Translations under genes and position numbers: made by a program
The notes under the pieces: generated by a model
Told to the model about the DNA's origin: nothing
The model's database searches: none
The model's input: the letters and a program-made list of their open reading frames with translations, nothing else
Shown here: in pieces, positions 1 through 10,861 of the stretch
Layout of the letters: every line of letters starts with the position of its first letter
Numbering within the stretch: the first letter of the stretch is position 1
From: Bacteroidota bacterium
GTDB lineage: Bacteria; Bacteroidota; Ignavibacteria; UBA10030; UBA8401
Direction: 5' to 3'
Length of the DNA: 64,000 nucleotides
Assembly (NCBI GenBank): GCA_027622375.1
Contig: JAQCAB010000001.1
Span: 115,317-179,316 of the forward strand

Positions 1-678
<678 letters not shown>

Positions 679-742
679 TTACTCCGTGTGATTTTTAAAT
701 GTTTAGTGGATAAAATTAAGAAAATTAAGAGGAAGTTAAAAG

Positions 743-1984
743 TTAGATAACTTTACTTTTGTAAAAATTCTCAAATTTAATTCCACCACGCCATAAAAAA
801 TGTCCCGCGCCTAATAATAAAATTGGACTTAACATTAATGTAAACTTCATATTAATTGGATTTTTTGAAACTTCTAGCATATCATTTATGAATCCATAAA
901 TTGGTGGCGCAATTCCGTTGCCAATTAAGTTGACTACAAACAAATAAATTCCACTTACTAATCCACTATTTTCTGCTCCTGCAATTTCATTTAAGTCGGA
1001 TGTAGCGCAGCCAAACCACATTAAAGAAGTAAATATTAATGGGAAGAGTAATAAATTTTGCCAAAAAGTTTTTTCGGCTAAAAGTAAAAAAATCCAACAT
1101 AAAAAAGTTAAGATTGAAACTATACTTGCAAAACGCATTCTACTACCCGGAATTTTTTTATGAAAATAATCTGCAAACACACCACCGGTAATTGTGCTTA
1201 AACTGCCTGCAACAATTACTCCACCGCCAACTAAAAGCCCGACAAATGAAGTTGAAAGCCCGGACGATCTTTGAATAAATGAAGGCATCCAGACAAAAAT
1301 GCTGTTAGTTGCCGCAGAAAATAATGCATATCCGATTAAATGATAAATTAAAATTTTATTTTTTAGTAAATCTAAAATCGAAGTTTGAGGTACAACATTT
1401 TTTTCTTTTTGGAGATTATTTGGATCTTCTTTTAAAAATAAAATTGCAACAGCAATTATTATAAATGGAAACCCGAGCCAAATTAAAACCGAGCGCCAAC
1501 CTGCGACATCATTTAACCAACCACCAATTAAAAAACTAATTCCGGTTCCCAATCCAATTGCGCTACCATAAACTGACATTGCCGTTGCTCGATTTTTAGA
1601 TGAAAATAAATTTGCAATTAAAGCTAACGCTGCCGGATAAAACATTGCTTGCCCCGCGCCAACAATCATTCTGCAAAATAAAATCCACCAAAAACTATTT
1701 GCAAAAGAAATTGCTCCTGTTGCAATAATCCAAATTGCACAACCAAAACCGGCAAGTTTTATTTTTGAAAATTTATCTGCGAGTTTACCAAAATAAACCC
1801 CGAGTGTAACATAAAGTAAAATAAAACTTGTTGAGCTTAATAACGAGAGCTGGAGATCAGTAAATTGAAATTCATTTTTTATTGGAGTAAAAAGAATATT
1901 TAAAATTACTCTATCAATAAAATTGACGAGATAAGCAAAAGTTAATACACTTAAAGTATACCACTTATTAAAACCAGGAATCAT
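743..1984 (-). CDS. MFS (major facilitator superfamily) transporter
   Basis: 413 aa with about 12 predicted hydrophobic helices and MFS-like loop motifs (GKLADKFSKIK; MFYPAALALIANLFSSKNRATAMSVYGSAIGLG). Confidence 0.8.
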   Translation of the reverse strand: MIPGFNKWYTLSVLTFAYLVNFIDRVILNILFTPIKNEFQFTDLQLSLLSSTSFILLYVTLGVYFGKLADKFSKIKLAGFGCAIWIIATGAISFANSFWWILFCRMIVGAGQAMFYPAALALIANLFSSKNRATAMSVYGSAIGLGTGISFLIGGWLNDVAGWRSVLIWLGFPFIIIAVAILFLKEDPNNLQKEKNVVPQTSILDLLKNKILIYHLIGYALFSAATNSIFVWMPSFIQRSSGLSTSFVGLLVGGGVIVAGSLSTITGGVFADYFHKKIPGSRMRFASIVSILTFLCWIFLLLAEKTFWQNLLLFPLIFTSLMWFGCATSDLNEIAGAENSGLVSGIYLFVVNLIGNGIAPPIYGFINDMLEVSKNPINMKFTLMLSPILLLGAGHFLWRGGIKFENFYKSKVI

Positions 1985-2187
1985 TAAATAATTTTTTAAA
2001 ACTGAATTCCGAGTGTAAACCTTTCAGATTGCCGGCGATTCCCGAATATAAAAATATTGAAGAGAGTAAAAGAAAGATTATAATTGACGAAAAATTTTTC
2101 ATATTAGTCTCACTAAATAAATTTATTTAAATAATAATTATTTAACTTATCTTGCTGCTAAATTAAAGTCAAGTGTAATATAAAAAA

Positions 2188-3009
2188 ATGTTTACTCGGT
2201 TCAACATAACATCCTTAGAAAAAGAAAATCTTCTACCTTATAAAACTTTACGTAGGGTTGATGAACATATTAAAAATGGAATATTTGTTGCCGAAGGTAA
2301 AAAGCTTGTTGAAAGGTTATTAGAAAGTAATATCAAAATAATTTCTCTTTTATTAACTGAAGAATGGTTTTCACAATTTGAAGCACAAATTAAAAAGAGA
2401 GTTGAGAACATTGATGTTTTTGTAGCACCAAAAATTATTTTAAATCAAATAGTTGGCTTTAAACTTCATCAAGGAATAATGGGTGTTGGCGAAGCTCCGC
2501 AAAATATTATTTTACACGATTTTGTAAAACTAACAAAACGAACTTTATTTGCAGTAATTGACGGAATAATGAATTCTGAAAATGTTGGTGTAATTGTTCG
2601 TAATTGCGCTGCATTTAATGTTGATGCTTTAATTGTTGGCGAAACTTCTTCAGATCCTTTTTTACGCCGCGCGGTTCGTAACTCGATGGGAACAATTTTT
2701 AAAATTCCAATAATTTATTCTACAAAACTTGCAGATGATATTTTATTTTTAAAAAATGAATTTGGATTTAATATTTTTGCGGCACACACTTCCATAAAAA
2801 GTAAATCTATTTATGAAATAAATTTTTGTAAAAATAGCTGCATTGTTTTTGGAAATGAAGAAGATGGTCCACGAAAAGAAATTTTAAATATTTGTGATTG
2901 TTTTGAAATTCCGATGAAAGCCGGAATTGACTCATTAAATGTTGCTAATGCAAGCGCAGTGGTTTTATATGAAGTGGATCGTCAAAGATTAGTCAGCAAC
3001 TTCAAATAA
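2188..3009 (+). CDS. TrmH/SpoU-family RNA 2'-O-methyltransferase
   Basis: SpoU methylase motifs are present: AVIDGIMNSENVGVIVRNCAAFNVDALIV, followed by SMGTIFKIPI and IVFGNEEDG. Confidence 0.8.
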   Translation: MFTRFNITSLEKENLLPYKTLRRVDEHIKNGIFVAEGKKLVERLLESNIKIISLLLTEEWFSQFEAQIKKRVENIDVFVAPKIILNQIVGFKLHQGIMGVGEAPQNIILHDFVKLTKRTLFAVIDGIMNSENVGVIVRNCAAFNVDALIVGETSSDPFLRRAVRNSMGTIFKIPIIYSTKLADDILFLKNEFGFNIFAAHTSIKSKSIYEINFCKNSCIVFGNEEDGPRKEILNICDCFEIPMKAGIDSLNVANASAVVLYEVDRQRLVSNFK

Positions 3010-3690
3010 TATTAATTCCGAATCTGAATTAGAAATTATTTTAATATTATTCTCGTTTAAAACTATTGCAGCATCACCAGTAAAATAATTTTCATCAGCA
3101 ATTTTTACACTACCTTCAATTAAATAACAATAAAGTTTCTTTTTTTCAGGAATTGAAATTGAACATGAATTATTTTTTTCAAGATTCGTAACATAAATTT
3201 TTGCATCCTGATTAAAAAATACTCCACCATCAATTTTATCACCAGAAGCAATTGTTAATAACTTATTTTTGCGATCATCTTTAGTAAAATTAATTTGCTC
3301 ATAACTTGGTTCTAAATTTCTTTTATTTGGTAAAAACCAAACTTGAATTAAATGAACTTCGTTTTTTTCTGAATAATTAAATTCTGAATGTGTTACGCCA
3401 GTTCCAGTTGTCATCCTTTGAACTTGACTCTCACCAATTACACCAACACCGCCAGAAGAATCTTTATGCGCGAGCTCTCCTTTCAAAACATAAGTAATAA
3501 CTTCAGCATCATTGTGTGGATGTTCAGGAAATCCAGATCCTGCCGCAACTCTATCATCATTTAAAACTCTAAGTGGTCCAAATTGTATCCAATTGGGATC
3601 GTAAAAATAATTAAAAGAAAAACTATGGAAGCTTTGTAACCAATTGGTTTTAGTTTGACCGCGTGTATTTGCAAGTCTTTTAGTAATCAT
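2989..3690 (-). CDS. Pirin-family protein (cupin)
   Basis: Metal-binding pirin motifs FPEHPHNDAEVITYVLKGELAHKDSSG and QRMTTGTGVTHSEFN are present. The gene converges on the TrmH-family gene and overlaps it by 21 bp. Confidence 0.85.
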   Translation of the reverse strand: MITKRLANTRGQTKTNWLQSFHSFSFNYFYDPNWIQFGPLRVLNDDRVAAGSGFPEHPHNDAEVITYVLKGELAHKDSSGGVGVIGESQVQRMTTGTGVTHSEFNYSEKNEVHLIQVWFLPNKRNLEPSYEQINFTKDDRKNKLLTIASGDKIDGGVFFNQDAKIYVTNLEKNNSCSISIPEKKKLYCYLIEGSVKIADENYFTGDAAIVLNENNIKIISNSDSELILFEVAD

Positions 3691-3790
3691 TGTAATTTTA
3701 TTAAACTCAAAAATAAATAAAAGTTTCCTTATTCCTATTTGTAATTTTAAAAGCAGTTGAGTAATTTCTAAAAAACTAAAAGGATCTTAC

Positions 3791-4324
3791 ATGAAACTAT
3801 TTTACTTTATTCTGTTTTTTATTTTCACTTCCAGTTTATTTTCTCAATCGTGGCAAATTACAAAATTGGATAGCTCAATAATTAAGTATGAAAAAAATAT
3901 TATTATCCAAAGAGATCATCTAGTTTTTTCAATCCAAGCAAAAAAAGATACTCAAAATGTAAATTTAAAAGATGTAAAAGAAATTACTCGACTTGGTAGT
4001 TTCTCAAAAGGATTTTTTTGGGGATTATTTTTAGGTGGATTAGCAGGTGGTGGAGCAACTTATACTTTAATCCAGAAGGGCGATAATGCTGATAAAATTA
4101 TCACACTTGCTGGCGGTACTGCACCATTAAATAATATTGAAAGAGATCGATTAGTTGAGGATAAAGAGAAGATGATGAAGTACACTTTAATTGGTGCCGG
4201 CGTTATTGGGATTCCACTTGGTATTGTTGCTGGTTTAATTACTTCAGGATCAACTAAATATGATTTATCAAAACTTTCAATCGAACATAAAAAAGATATC
4301 GTCACAAAAATTTTAAAGGATTAA
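3791..4324 (+). CDS. Hypothetical secreted or membrane protein
   Basis: It has an N-terminal signal peptide (MKLFYFILFFIFTSSLFSQ) and Gly-zipper-like hydrophobic segments. I recognise no family. It ends 6 bp before the peptidase gene. Confidence 0.45.
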   Translation: MKLFYFILFFIFTSSLFSQSWQITKLDSSIIKYEKNIIIQRDHLVFSIQAKKDTQNVNLKDVKEITRLGSFSKGFFWGLFLGGLAGGGATYTLIQKGDNADKIITLAGGTAPLNNIERDRLVEDKEKMMKYTLIGAGVIGIPLGIVAGLITSGSTKYDLSKLSIEHKKDIVTKILKD

Positions 4325-4329
4325 TAAAT

Positions 4330-5811
4330 ATGAAAAAATACTTATCGGTTTTATTGATTTCAATTTTTTTAAATCAAATTATTTTTTCTCAAAAAGATTC
4401 TTCAAAAATTCCAGATTGGTCAATTACAAAACAAAGTATAAAAGTAAATGGTAAAACTTTAAATTACACAGCAACTGCTGGTTACATGTTATTAAAAGAT
4501 GAATCTGGAAAATCAAAAGCAAAAATAAATTTTATCTCTTATGTAATGGATGGAGTGAGCGATCAATCAAATCGTCCTGTTACATTTACATATAATGGTG
4601 GTCCCGGTTCCGCATCAGTTTGGTTGCACATGGGAGTTGTTGGTCCAAAAAGAGTTTTAATGTCAGATAAAGGTGACCCACTTAGCCCGCCATATACTAT
4701 AGTAGATAACGATTACACTTGGCTAGATTTAACAGATTTAGTTTTTATTGATCCTGTTGAAACTGGTTATAGCCGCCCGGCAGATGGTGTTGATAAAAAA
4801 GAATTTTTAGGTTTTAATGAAGATATTTCTTCTGTCGGTGAGTTTATAAGATTATATACAACTCAATTTCAAAGATGGGATTCGCCAAAATTTTTAGCTG
4901 GCGAAAGCTACGGCACAACTCGCTCAGCAGGATTATCGGGTTTTTTGCAAGATAAATATGGAATGTACATAAATGGAATTATGTTAATTTCCTCAATTTT
5001 AAATTTTCAAACTGCACGATTCGAAAAAGGAAACGATTTACCGCATATTTTATTTTTGCCAACTTATTCTGCAATTGCTTGGTATCATAAAAAATTAGAT
5101 CCAACTTTTACAAATTTAAATTCATTATTAAAAGAAGTTGAAGATTTTGCAATGAATGAATATTCAACTTTACTAATGAAGGGAGATAAATTAACTGATG
5201 CTGAAAAAAATAATCTTGCAAAAAAACTTTCGCGATATACTGGATTAAGCGAAGCATATTGTCATTCTACTTTATACAGAATTGATATTTCCCGTTTTGT
5301 AAAAGAGTTGCGCCGAACTGATGGTTTAACAGTTGGCCGACTTGATGGAAGATTTACTGGAAAAGATTATGATGATGCCGGCGAAAGAAATGAATTTGAT
5401 CCTTCTTTGAATTATGCAATTAGCGGTCCTTTTTCAACAACAATAAATTATTATTTGCGCGAACATTTAGGAGTTAAAAATGATTTGACATACGAAATTT
5501 TAACCAGCCGAGTTCAGCCTTGGAGTTATGCAAATGTCCAAAACCAATATTTAAATGTTGCCGAAACAATGAGACAAGCAATGCACAAAAATCCATTTTT
5601 AAAAGTTCACATTTACAATGGATATTACGATTTAGCAACTCCGTATTTTGCGACTGATTACACAATTAACCACATGATGATTGATAAAGACTTACGCAAA
5701 AATATTACACAATCTTTTTACGAAAGCGGACATATGATGTACATCCATCTTGCTTCGATGAAGAAGATGAAAGATGAAACAGTTAAATTTATTCAATCGG
5801 CATTGAAATAA
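4330..5811 (+). CDS. S10-family serine carboxypeptidase-like peptidase (secreted)
   Basis: It has a signal peptide, an NGGPGSAS..WL motif, a catalytic-serine GESYG motif (LAGESYGTT) and a C-terminal GHM catalytic-His motif (ESGHMMY). Confidence 0.65.
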   Translation: MKKYLSVLLISIFLNQIIFSQKDSSKIPDWSITKQSIKVNGKTLNYTATAGYMLLKDESGKSKAKINFISYVMDGVSDQSNRPVTFTYNGGPGSASVWLHMGVVGPKRVLMSDKGDPLSPPYTIVDNDYTWLDLTDLVFIDPVETGYSRPADGVDKKEFLGFNEDISSVGEFIRLYTTQFQRWDSPKFLAGESYGTTRSAGLSGFLQDKYGMYINGIMLISSILNFQTARFEKGNDLPHILFLPTYSAIAWYHKKLDPTFTNLNSLLKEVEDFAMNEYSTLLMKGDKLTDAEKNNLAKKLSRYTGLSEAYCHSTLYRIDISRFVKELRRTDGLTVGRLDGRFTGKDYDDAGERNEFDPSLNYAISGPFSTTINYYLREHLGVKNDLTYEILTSRVQPWSYANVQNQYLNVAETMRQAMHKNPFLKVHIYNGYYDLATPYFATDYTINHMMIDKDLRKNITQSFYESGHMMYIHLASMKKMKDETVKFIQSALK

Positions 5812-5832
5812 ATTTTTATATCTTACTGAAGG

Positions 5833-5848
5833 CAGGTTTTAAAACCTG
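5833..5848. terminator. 16-nt perfect palindrome (caggttttaaaacctg) between convergent peptidase genes; possible bidirectional terminator or protein-binding site
   Basis: The arms are 8 bp each and exactly complementary. It lies 22 bp after the S10 peptidase stop and about 110 bp after the M28 peptidase stop on the other strand. No strong T-run follows on either side. Confidence 0.3.
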
Positions 5849-5955
5849 ATTCAATCCGATATTTGTTTTTAAATAATGTCAACTCATTTTGAGTTCACAC
5901 AAATTAACAACAATTTATTTTATAAAAATTTTAAAATTAAATCGTCTTAAAAATA

Positions 5956-7335
5956 TTACAAACCATTTTCACTAATTGCATATGCAAGTATTGTCATAGC
6001 AATTGCTCCTAATTCAAGTTCGCGAGAATTTACTTTATCAATTGTGTCATTATCAGAATGATGATAATCAAAATAACGTTGGCTATCGTGATCGAGCCCA
6101 ATTAATGCAGTACCAAATTCTCCCAGTGGCCCAATATCTGCGCCACCTCCCCCTTTTGTAATTCTTGAAGAATTAATTTGTTCAAGTAAAGTTGCAAAAC
6201 TTTTTATTTTTTCAAATTTAAGAGAGTCTGTTGTAACTCCAAAACCTGTTGGCGTAAATCCACCACCATCTGATTCAATTGCGGCAATATGTTTTTCATT
6301 TAAAGTTTTTCTTCTTCTTGCATAATCTAATCCACCACGCAAACCATTTTCTTCGTTCATAAATAACACTGCGCGAATGGTTCGTTTTGGTTTAATACCA
6401 AGTCGTTTTATTAAATTCAAAACTTCAATCGATTGAACGCAACCTGTTCCATCATCATGTGTCCCAGTTCCTTTATCCCAACTATCCAAATGTCCGCCAA
6501 CTAAAATAATTTCGTTGGGAAATTCAGAGCCAGTAATTTGTCCAATCACATTTGAGGATTCAACATCTGGCAAGGTTTCCGCTGAAAGTTTAACACGGAT
6601 TTCTACTTTTCCTTTTTCGAGAAGTAGATTTAAATTATTTGCATCAATTGTAGAAATTGCAAGAGCTGGAATTTTTTTTACATCTTTTTCAAAATTAGTT
6701 GCACCTGTATGCGGTTTATCATCAAGCGCATGCGTCATCGATCGGACAATTGCAGCAACTGCGCCAAGTTTACTTGCTTCGTTTGGCCCTCTTCCTCTTT
6801 GATCAACTGCTCCACCGTAAGCTCTTCCGGGCTCAAATAAAGATTGGTCAAATGGACGACTAAAATAAATTATTTTTCCTTTTGCTTTATCACCGAGAAG
6901 TTTTGCTTCATCAACAGAGTTTACTTTTATAACTTCGCCACTCACCCATTTATCATTTGTTCCACCCGAGCCACCGAGAGCACAAGAATTTAATTTTATT
7001 TTTTTTGGATATGTAACTTCTGCAATTTCGTTTTTACCACGAACCCAACGTGGCACCATCATATTTTCTAGCCAAACTGAGTCGGAATTAATTTCTTCCA
7101 TTTTGGCTTTGCCCCACGCAACTGCTTTTTCAGCTTGCGGAGAACCAGAAACACGCGCTCCAACCTTTGATGTTAATTCGTATAAAAATTTATACGCATC
7201 TTGATTAATTAATCCTTCTTTGATTATTTTTTTTACATCTTCATTCAAATAATTTTCTGATTGAGATTGCAGATTATTATTTATCAAAAGTCCGCAAAAT
7301 AAAATTGCGGATTTTAAACAGGAATTTATTTTCAT
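5956..7335 (-). CDS. M28-family zinc aminopeptidase (secreted)
   Basis: It has a signal peptide and M28 metal-ligand motifs (GGHLDSWDKGTGTHDDGTG; FMNEENGLRGG). Confidence 0.8.
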   Translation of the reverse strand: MKINSCLKSAILFCGLLINNNLQSQSENYLNEDVKKIIKEGLINQDAYKFLYELTSKVGARVSGSPQAEKAVAWGKAKMEEINSDSVWLENMMVPRWVRGKNEIAEVTYPKKIKLNSCALGGSGGTNDKWVSGEVIKVNSVDEAKLLGDKAKGKIIYFSRPFDQSLFEPGRAYGGAVDQRGRGPNEASKLGAVAAIVRSMTHALDDKPHTGATNFEKDVKKIPALAISTIDANNLNLLLEKGKVEIRVKLSAETLPDVESSNVIGQITGSEFPNEIILVGGHLDSWDKGTGTHDDGTGCVQSIEVLNLIKRLGIKPKRTIRAVLFMNEENGLRGGLDYARRRKTLNEKHIAAIESDGGGFTPTGFGVTTDSLKFEKIKSFATLLEQINSSRITKGGGGADIGPLGEFGTALIGLDHDSQRYFDYHHSDNDTIDKVNSRELELGAIAMTILAYAISENGL

Positions 7336-7337
7336 TT

Positions 7338-7847
7338 TTATTTTTTCTTTCGTGTAGTTTTTTTAAGAGCGCTAATTAATTTTTGATATGTTTTGTTAAA
7401 TCCTTCTGAAACAAGTTTTACATCATTTAAAACTGGCATAAAATTTGTATCACCATTCCAACGCGGCACAATGTGGAAGTGAATATGATTTTCAATCCCC
7501 GCGCCAGCTACACGACCAAAATTTGCACCAATATTATATCCTTGTGGTTTTATTGCTTTATCAAGCAGTTTAATTGTTTTATTTATTGTAGATAAAATTT
7601 CCGAATAAACTTTTGCAGGTAACAAACTTAAACTATCAACATGTTTATTTGGCACAATCATTATATGGCCATTGTTATATGGATACAAATTTAGCATTGC
7701 AAAACAATTTTTAGAGCGGAAGAGAATTAAATTTTTTTTATCATTTTTGCTATTTAGTGCTTTGCAAAAAATACATTCGTCATTATTTTTTTGATTTTTA
7801 AAACTTGCAATATATTTTGAGCGCCAAGGAGAAAATAATCGTTCCAT
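7338..7847 (-). CDS. HIT-family nucleotide hydrolase/transferase
   Basis: The histidine triad HIHFHIVPRW is present. Confidence 0.7.
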   Translation of the reverse strand: MERLFSPWRSKYIASFKNQKNNDECIFCKALNSKNDKKNLILFRSKNCFAMLNLYPYNNGHIMIVPNKHVDSLSLLPAKVYSEILSTINKTIKLLDKAIKPQGYNIGANFGRVAGAGIENHIHFHIVPRWNGDTNFMPVLNDVKLVSEGFNKTYQKLISALKKTTRKKK

Positions 7848-7879
7848 AAAAAATAATATAATTACATCAGTGTTTTAAA

Positions 7880-8926
7880 TCAATTTAAAGTTAAGCGCTG
7901 TTTAACAGTTTCAAAAATATCTTCAGTTGAAATTTTTTGCATGCAAAGTAAATAATCATCATTTGTTAATTTGCATTTTGTCGTTCGGCAAGGGCTGCAA
8001 TCAAGTTGTGTGAAAAAACTTTTATGTCCGTTTTTTTCAGAATATGGAAACCAAATCTCAGGTGGTTCGGGACCAAATATTCCAATTGTTGGAGTATTTA
8101 CTGCAACAGCAATATGCATTGGACCACAATCATTTGAAACAAGAACTTTGCAACATTTTAAAATTGCTGCTAATTGCCTGACTGGTAAAAGTGGTAAAAT
8201 TTTTACTTTTCCATAAGAATTATTAACAATAAAATTTATTAACTCATCATCATTTGCACCGGGGCTTATTATTATTTCTGCATTAGTTTTTGCTGATATT
8301 AAATCTATTAATGCTGAAAAATTTTCGGGTAACCAGCATTTATTTTTCCAAGTAGCTCCCGGATGAATTGCTACAATTGGTTTATCCATTTCCAAACCTT
8401 GCCACAAAAGAAATCTTTTTGCTTCATCAACTTCTTTTTGAGATAAAAATATTTCTGTCTCATAATTATTTTGTTCTATACCGATTGGTTTAAGGAATTT
8501 AAAATATTGCGTAATTGCAGATTCAAAAGTATTAGTGATCTCAATTTTATGTGTAAATATTTTTGAACGAATCCCACGATTTAAACCGATTTTATATTTT
8601 GCGCCACTCCATTTTGCCCACAAACTTGTTCGTGGATTGCTAAACAAATCAATAAAAATATCAAATTTAATTTTACGGATTTTTTTTAAAAGTAAAATTG
8701 TTTGTATTAAATTATTTTTACTATCATCAAATTTAATTATCTCATCAATATTTGGATTACAGTCTAAAAGTGATGTCCCTTTTTGTTCTCCCAAAAATGC
8801 AATGTATGCATTTGGAAATTTATCACGCAGAGATTTAATAATAGGAGTTGTTAAAACAATATCACCAATAAATTTATAGCGTGAGATTAATATTTTTTTA
8901 ATTGAATTTGCTTCTATAGAACTCAC
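7880..8926 (-). CDS. Glycosyltransferase family 9 (LPS heptosyltransferase-like)
   Basis: The N-terminal segment ILISRYKFIGDIVLTTPIIKSLR and the segment VSNDCGPMHIAVAVNTPTIGIFGP match the heptosyltransferase signature. Confidence 0.8.
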   Translation of the reverse strand: MSSIEANSIKKILISRYKFIGDIVLTTPIIKSLRDKFPNAYIAFLGEQKGTSLLDCNPNIDEIIKFDDSKNNLIQTILLLKKIRKIKFDIFIDLFSNPRTSLWAKWSGAKYKIGLNRGIRSKIFTHKIEITNTFESAITQYFKFLKPIGIEQNNYETEIFLSQKEVDEAKRFLLWQGLEMDKPIVAIHPGATWKNKCWLPENFSALIDLISAKTNAEIIISPGANDDELINFIVNNSYGKVKILPLLPVRQLAAILKCCKVLVSNDCGPMHIAVAVNTPTIGIFGPEPPEIWFPYSEKNGHKSFFTQLDCSPCRTTKCKLTNDDYLLCMQKISTEDIFETVKQRLTLN

Positions 8927-8929
8927 AGA

Positions 8930-10315
8930 TTATTTTCTTCTCCACGTATCAACTGAATACTTCCAAAGGCTTTCATCAATTGTAAATGGTTGTAAATTAA
9001 AATATGAAGTTTTTTCATCCAAATTAGTTTTTTTAAAAGTAATATTAAAAGTTTGATTGTTTATTAAGTATTGCCAAACCTCTGTTTGCATTCCAACGCA
9101 TTCAACATTCCCCGGTAAACCACAAACAATAAAAACCATTCCCATTGGCAATTTAAATCCCGCATCGCATGAACTAAAAATTAAATTTGCATCTTTAACC
9201 CGATCAAAAAATTCATTTTGTTTTGCAATACCGCCATGCTCGCGCCACCAATTTTTTAACCAATTTCTTTTTTTATCATTTGTGTCTTGAGCAAGTAAAC
9301 TATCAATTTCGTATTTGAACAAAAGATAGCGAGTAGCTAAAATTGAATCATTAACATTTAATAAATTTGGATAATTTTTATTGTTAATTGTTAATGTGCC
9401 CAAAGAGCGCAATGTATCTTTATAATTTTTAAATGAATTATAAATTATTTTTCTTGAGAATAAATATTGTTGCTCAATCGGAACAAAAAATGTATCTATT
9501 AATTGCATCCTTTCGGAATTTGGATATATCATTAACTTTTCATTTTTCAAAACTAAATTATCAAATTTTAATTGGCATAATGATGTGTCAAAATATAAGG
9601 ATGATCTTGTTGGCTCATTAATTGTTTGTAATTCCTTCCTCTTTAAAAACTCACTTACTATTTTTAATGAATCGCCAATTTTGATATTATATAATTCCTG
9701 ATAATAAATTATAGTATCAACTTCATCATTAAATTTAATATCATTTAAAAAAAGTGGCTTTAACTTCCCTTGCACGTTTTCTAAAAATAAACCATTACTT
9801 AAAGTTGGTTGGTTACTAAAATTACGAGCTTCAGTTGTAAATAGTGAGTTATAACTTAAACCCGAAATATTATCTACTAATTGAATTTGGACTTTATATT
9901 TTCCTGTATCAGCATAAAATGTTTGAAGATGATAATCTTTTACAGATTTTTGAGTTGCCTCATAATTATTTGTTCGCGGACGCTTTGAAACTTCTTTTGA
10001 AGTAATTAGTGAATCATTTTTTTTTAGATTAAAGAACAAAGAATAATCAGCTTCAAAATTTTCTCCCTGTTTTATAAATCTTATTCTATCCCAAGTTATT
10101 TGAGTATAAATATCTAACCTACTTTGAAATTTATTTATTAATGAGTCGGCGGGTTTTAAATTAATAACATGGGCTTCAAATCTTGGTTGACTTAATCGTT
10201 TAAATCTTTCAACTGAATAACAATCTGTAATTATTTTTTCGGAGGAACTACATCCAAAAAATAATATCAGAAGAAAATAATTAAAAGCTAAATAATGGGT
10301 TCGCCCTTTTATCAT
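8930..10315 (-). CDS. Lipoprotein, probably a degenerate GWxTD-domain family member
   Basis: It has a lipobox (LILFFGCSS). The C-terminal block NEFFDRVKDANLIF....GFKLPMGMVFIVCGLPGNVE....EVWQY resembles the GWxTD consensus (NExxEYYxRVxxAN...GWKTDRGxxYIxYGxPD...W.Y), but the W/T/D/R positions are substituted. Confidence 0.4.
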   Translation of the reverse strand: MIKGRTHYLAFNYFLLILFFGCSSSEKIITDCYSVERFKRLSQPRFEAHVINLKPADSLINKFQSRLDIYTQITWDRIRFIKQGENFEADYSLFFNLKKNDSLITSKEVSKRPRTNNYEATQKSVKDYHLQTFYADTGKYKVQIQLVDNISGLSYNSLFTTEARNFSNQPTLSNGLFLENVQGKLKPLFLNDIKFNDEVDTIIYYQELYNIKIGDSLKIVSEFLKRKELQTINEPTRSSLYFDTSLCQLKFDNLVLKNEKLMIYPNSERMQLIDTFFVPIEQQYLFSRKIIYNSFKNYKDTLRSLGTLTINNKNYPNLLNVNDSILATRYLLFKYEIDSLLAQDTNDKKRNWLKNWWREHGGIAKQNEFFDRVKDANLIFSSCDAGFKLPMGMVFIVCGLPGNVECVGMQTEVWQYLINNQTFNITFKKTNLDEKTSYFNLQPFTIDESLWKYSVDTWRRK

Positions 10316-10365
10316 ATAATATTATTTGTTCGACGAAGTGGGATTAAAATTAGTTTAAGAATTTT

Positions 10366-10806
10366 TTAAATCCATTTAATCATATCTAAAAACATTACTA
10401 AAAACGTTCCGCCAAAAATAAATGTAAATAAAGCAACAATTCCTGATTTTATCAAAAGACGTTTAGTTTCAATTTTGTCAATTTCAACTATAGGAAAAGT
10501 TTTTACAGAAACATCACCAGTAACATTTGTTTGACATGTGAGGCGGATATTTTTTTCAATTTTGCGCGCATAAAATGGAAGGCTTGAAATTAAAATATTT
10601 TCTTCGTCTTCTTTGCGAGATGAAACACCTTTGCCATCAATAACTTCAACTCGGCAAGTTCCGCATAATCCTTCTCCGCGACAATTTAAAATTTTTGAAA
10701 TTCCTTTATAAGGAGAAATTTTATTAAACCGAAGCGCTTGTCTTAAATTTGCTCCGATTGGTACTTCAATAGTTTTGTTTTCGTTTATAAGTGTAATGAC
10801 TGCCAT
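10366..10806 (-). CDS. Plant-type [2Fe-2S] ferredoxin-domain protein with a C-terminal membrane anchor
   Basis: The Cys ligand pattern CRGEGLCGTC....C(QTN) is present. The last ~30 aa are hydrophobic (IVALFTFIFGGTFLVMFL). Confidence 0.6.
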   Translation of the reverse strand: MAVITLINENKTIEVPIGANLRQALRFNKISPYKGISKILNCRGEGLCGTCRVEVIDGKGVSSRKEDEENILISSLPFYARKIEKNIRLTCQTNVTGDVSVKTFPIVEIDKIETKRLLIKSGIVALFTFIFGGTFLVMFLDMIKWI

Positions 10807-10861
10807 TTTTATTTTAATTAGTTTTAAAAATTAGAAAAAAAAGAATAGTTAATCAAGATGA

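Noticed and set aside
1969-2103. A 44-codon minus-strand ORF (MKNFSSIIIFLLLSSIFLYSGIAGNLKG...) upstream of and overlapping the MFS transporter start
   Set aside because: It is hydrophobic and signal-peptide-like, but it is too short, has no family resemblance and overlaps the transporter start out of frame. It is probably a chance ORF in the AT-rich promoter region.
7645-7670. TGGCAC-N5-TT sequence resembling the -24 element of a sigma-54 promoter
   Set aside because: It lies inside the HIT gene coding region. The -12 GC element is absent (TTATA rather than TTGCA), and no gene begins downstream in that orientation.
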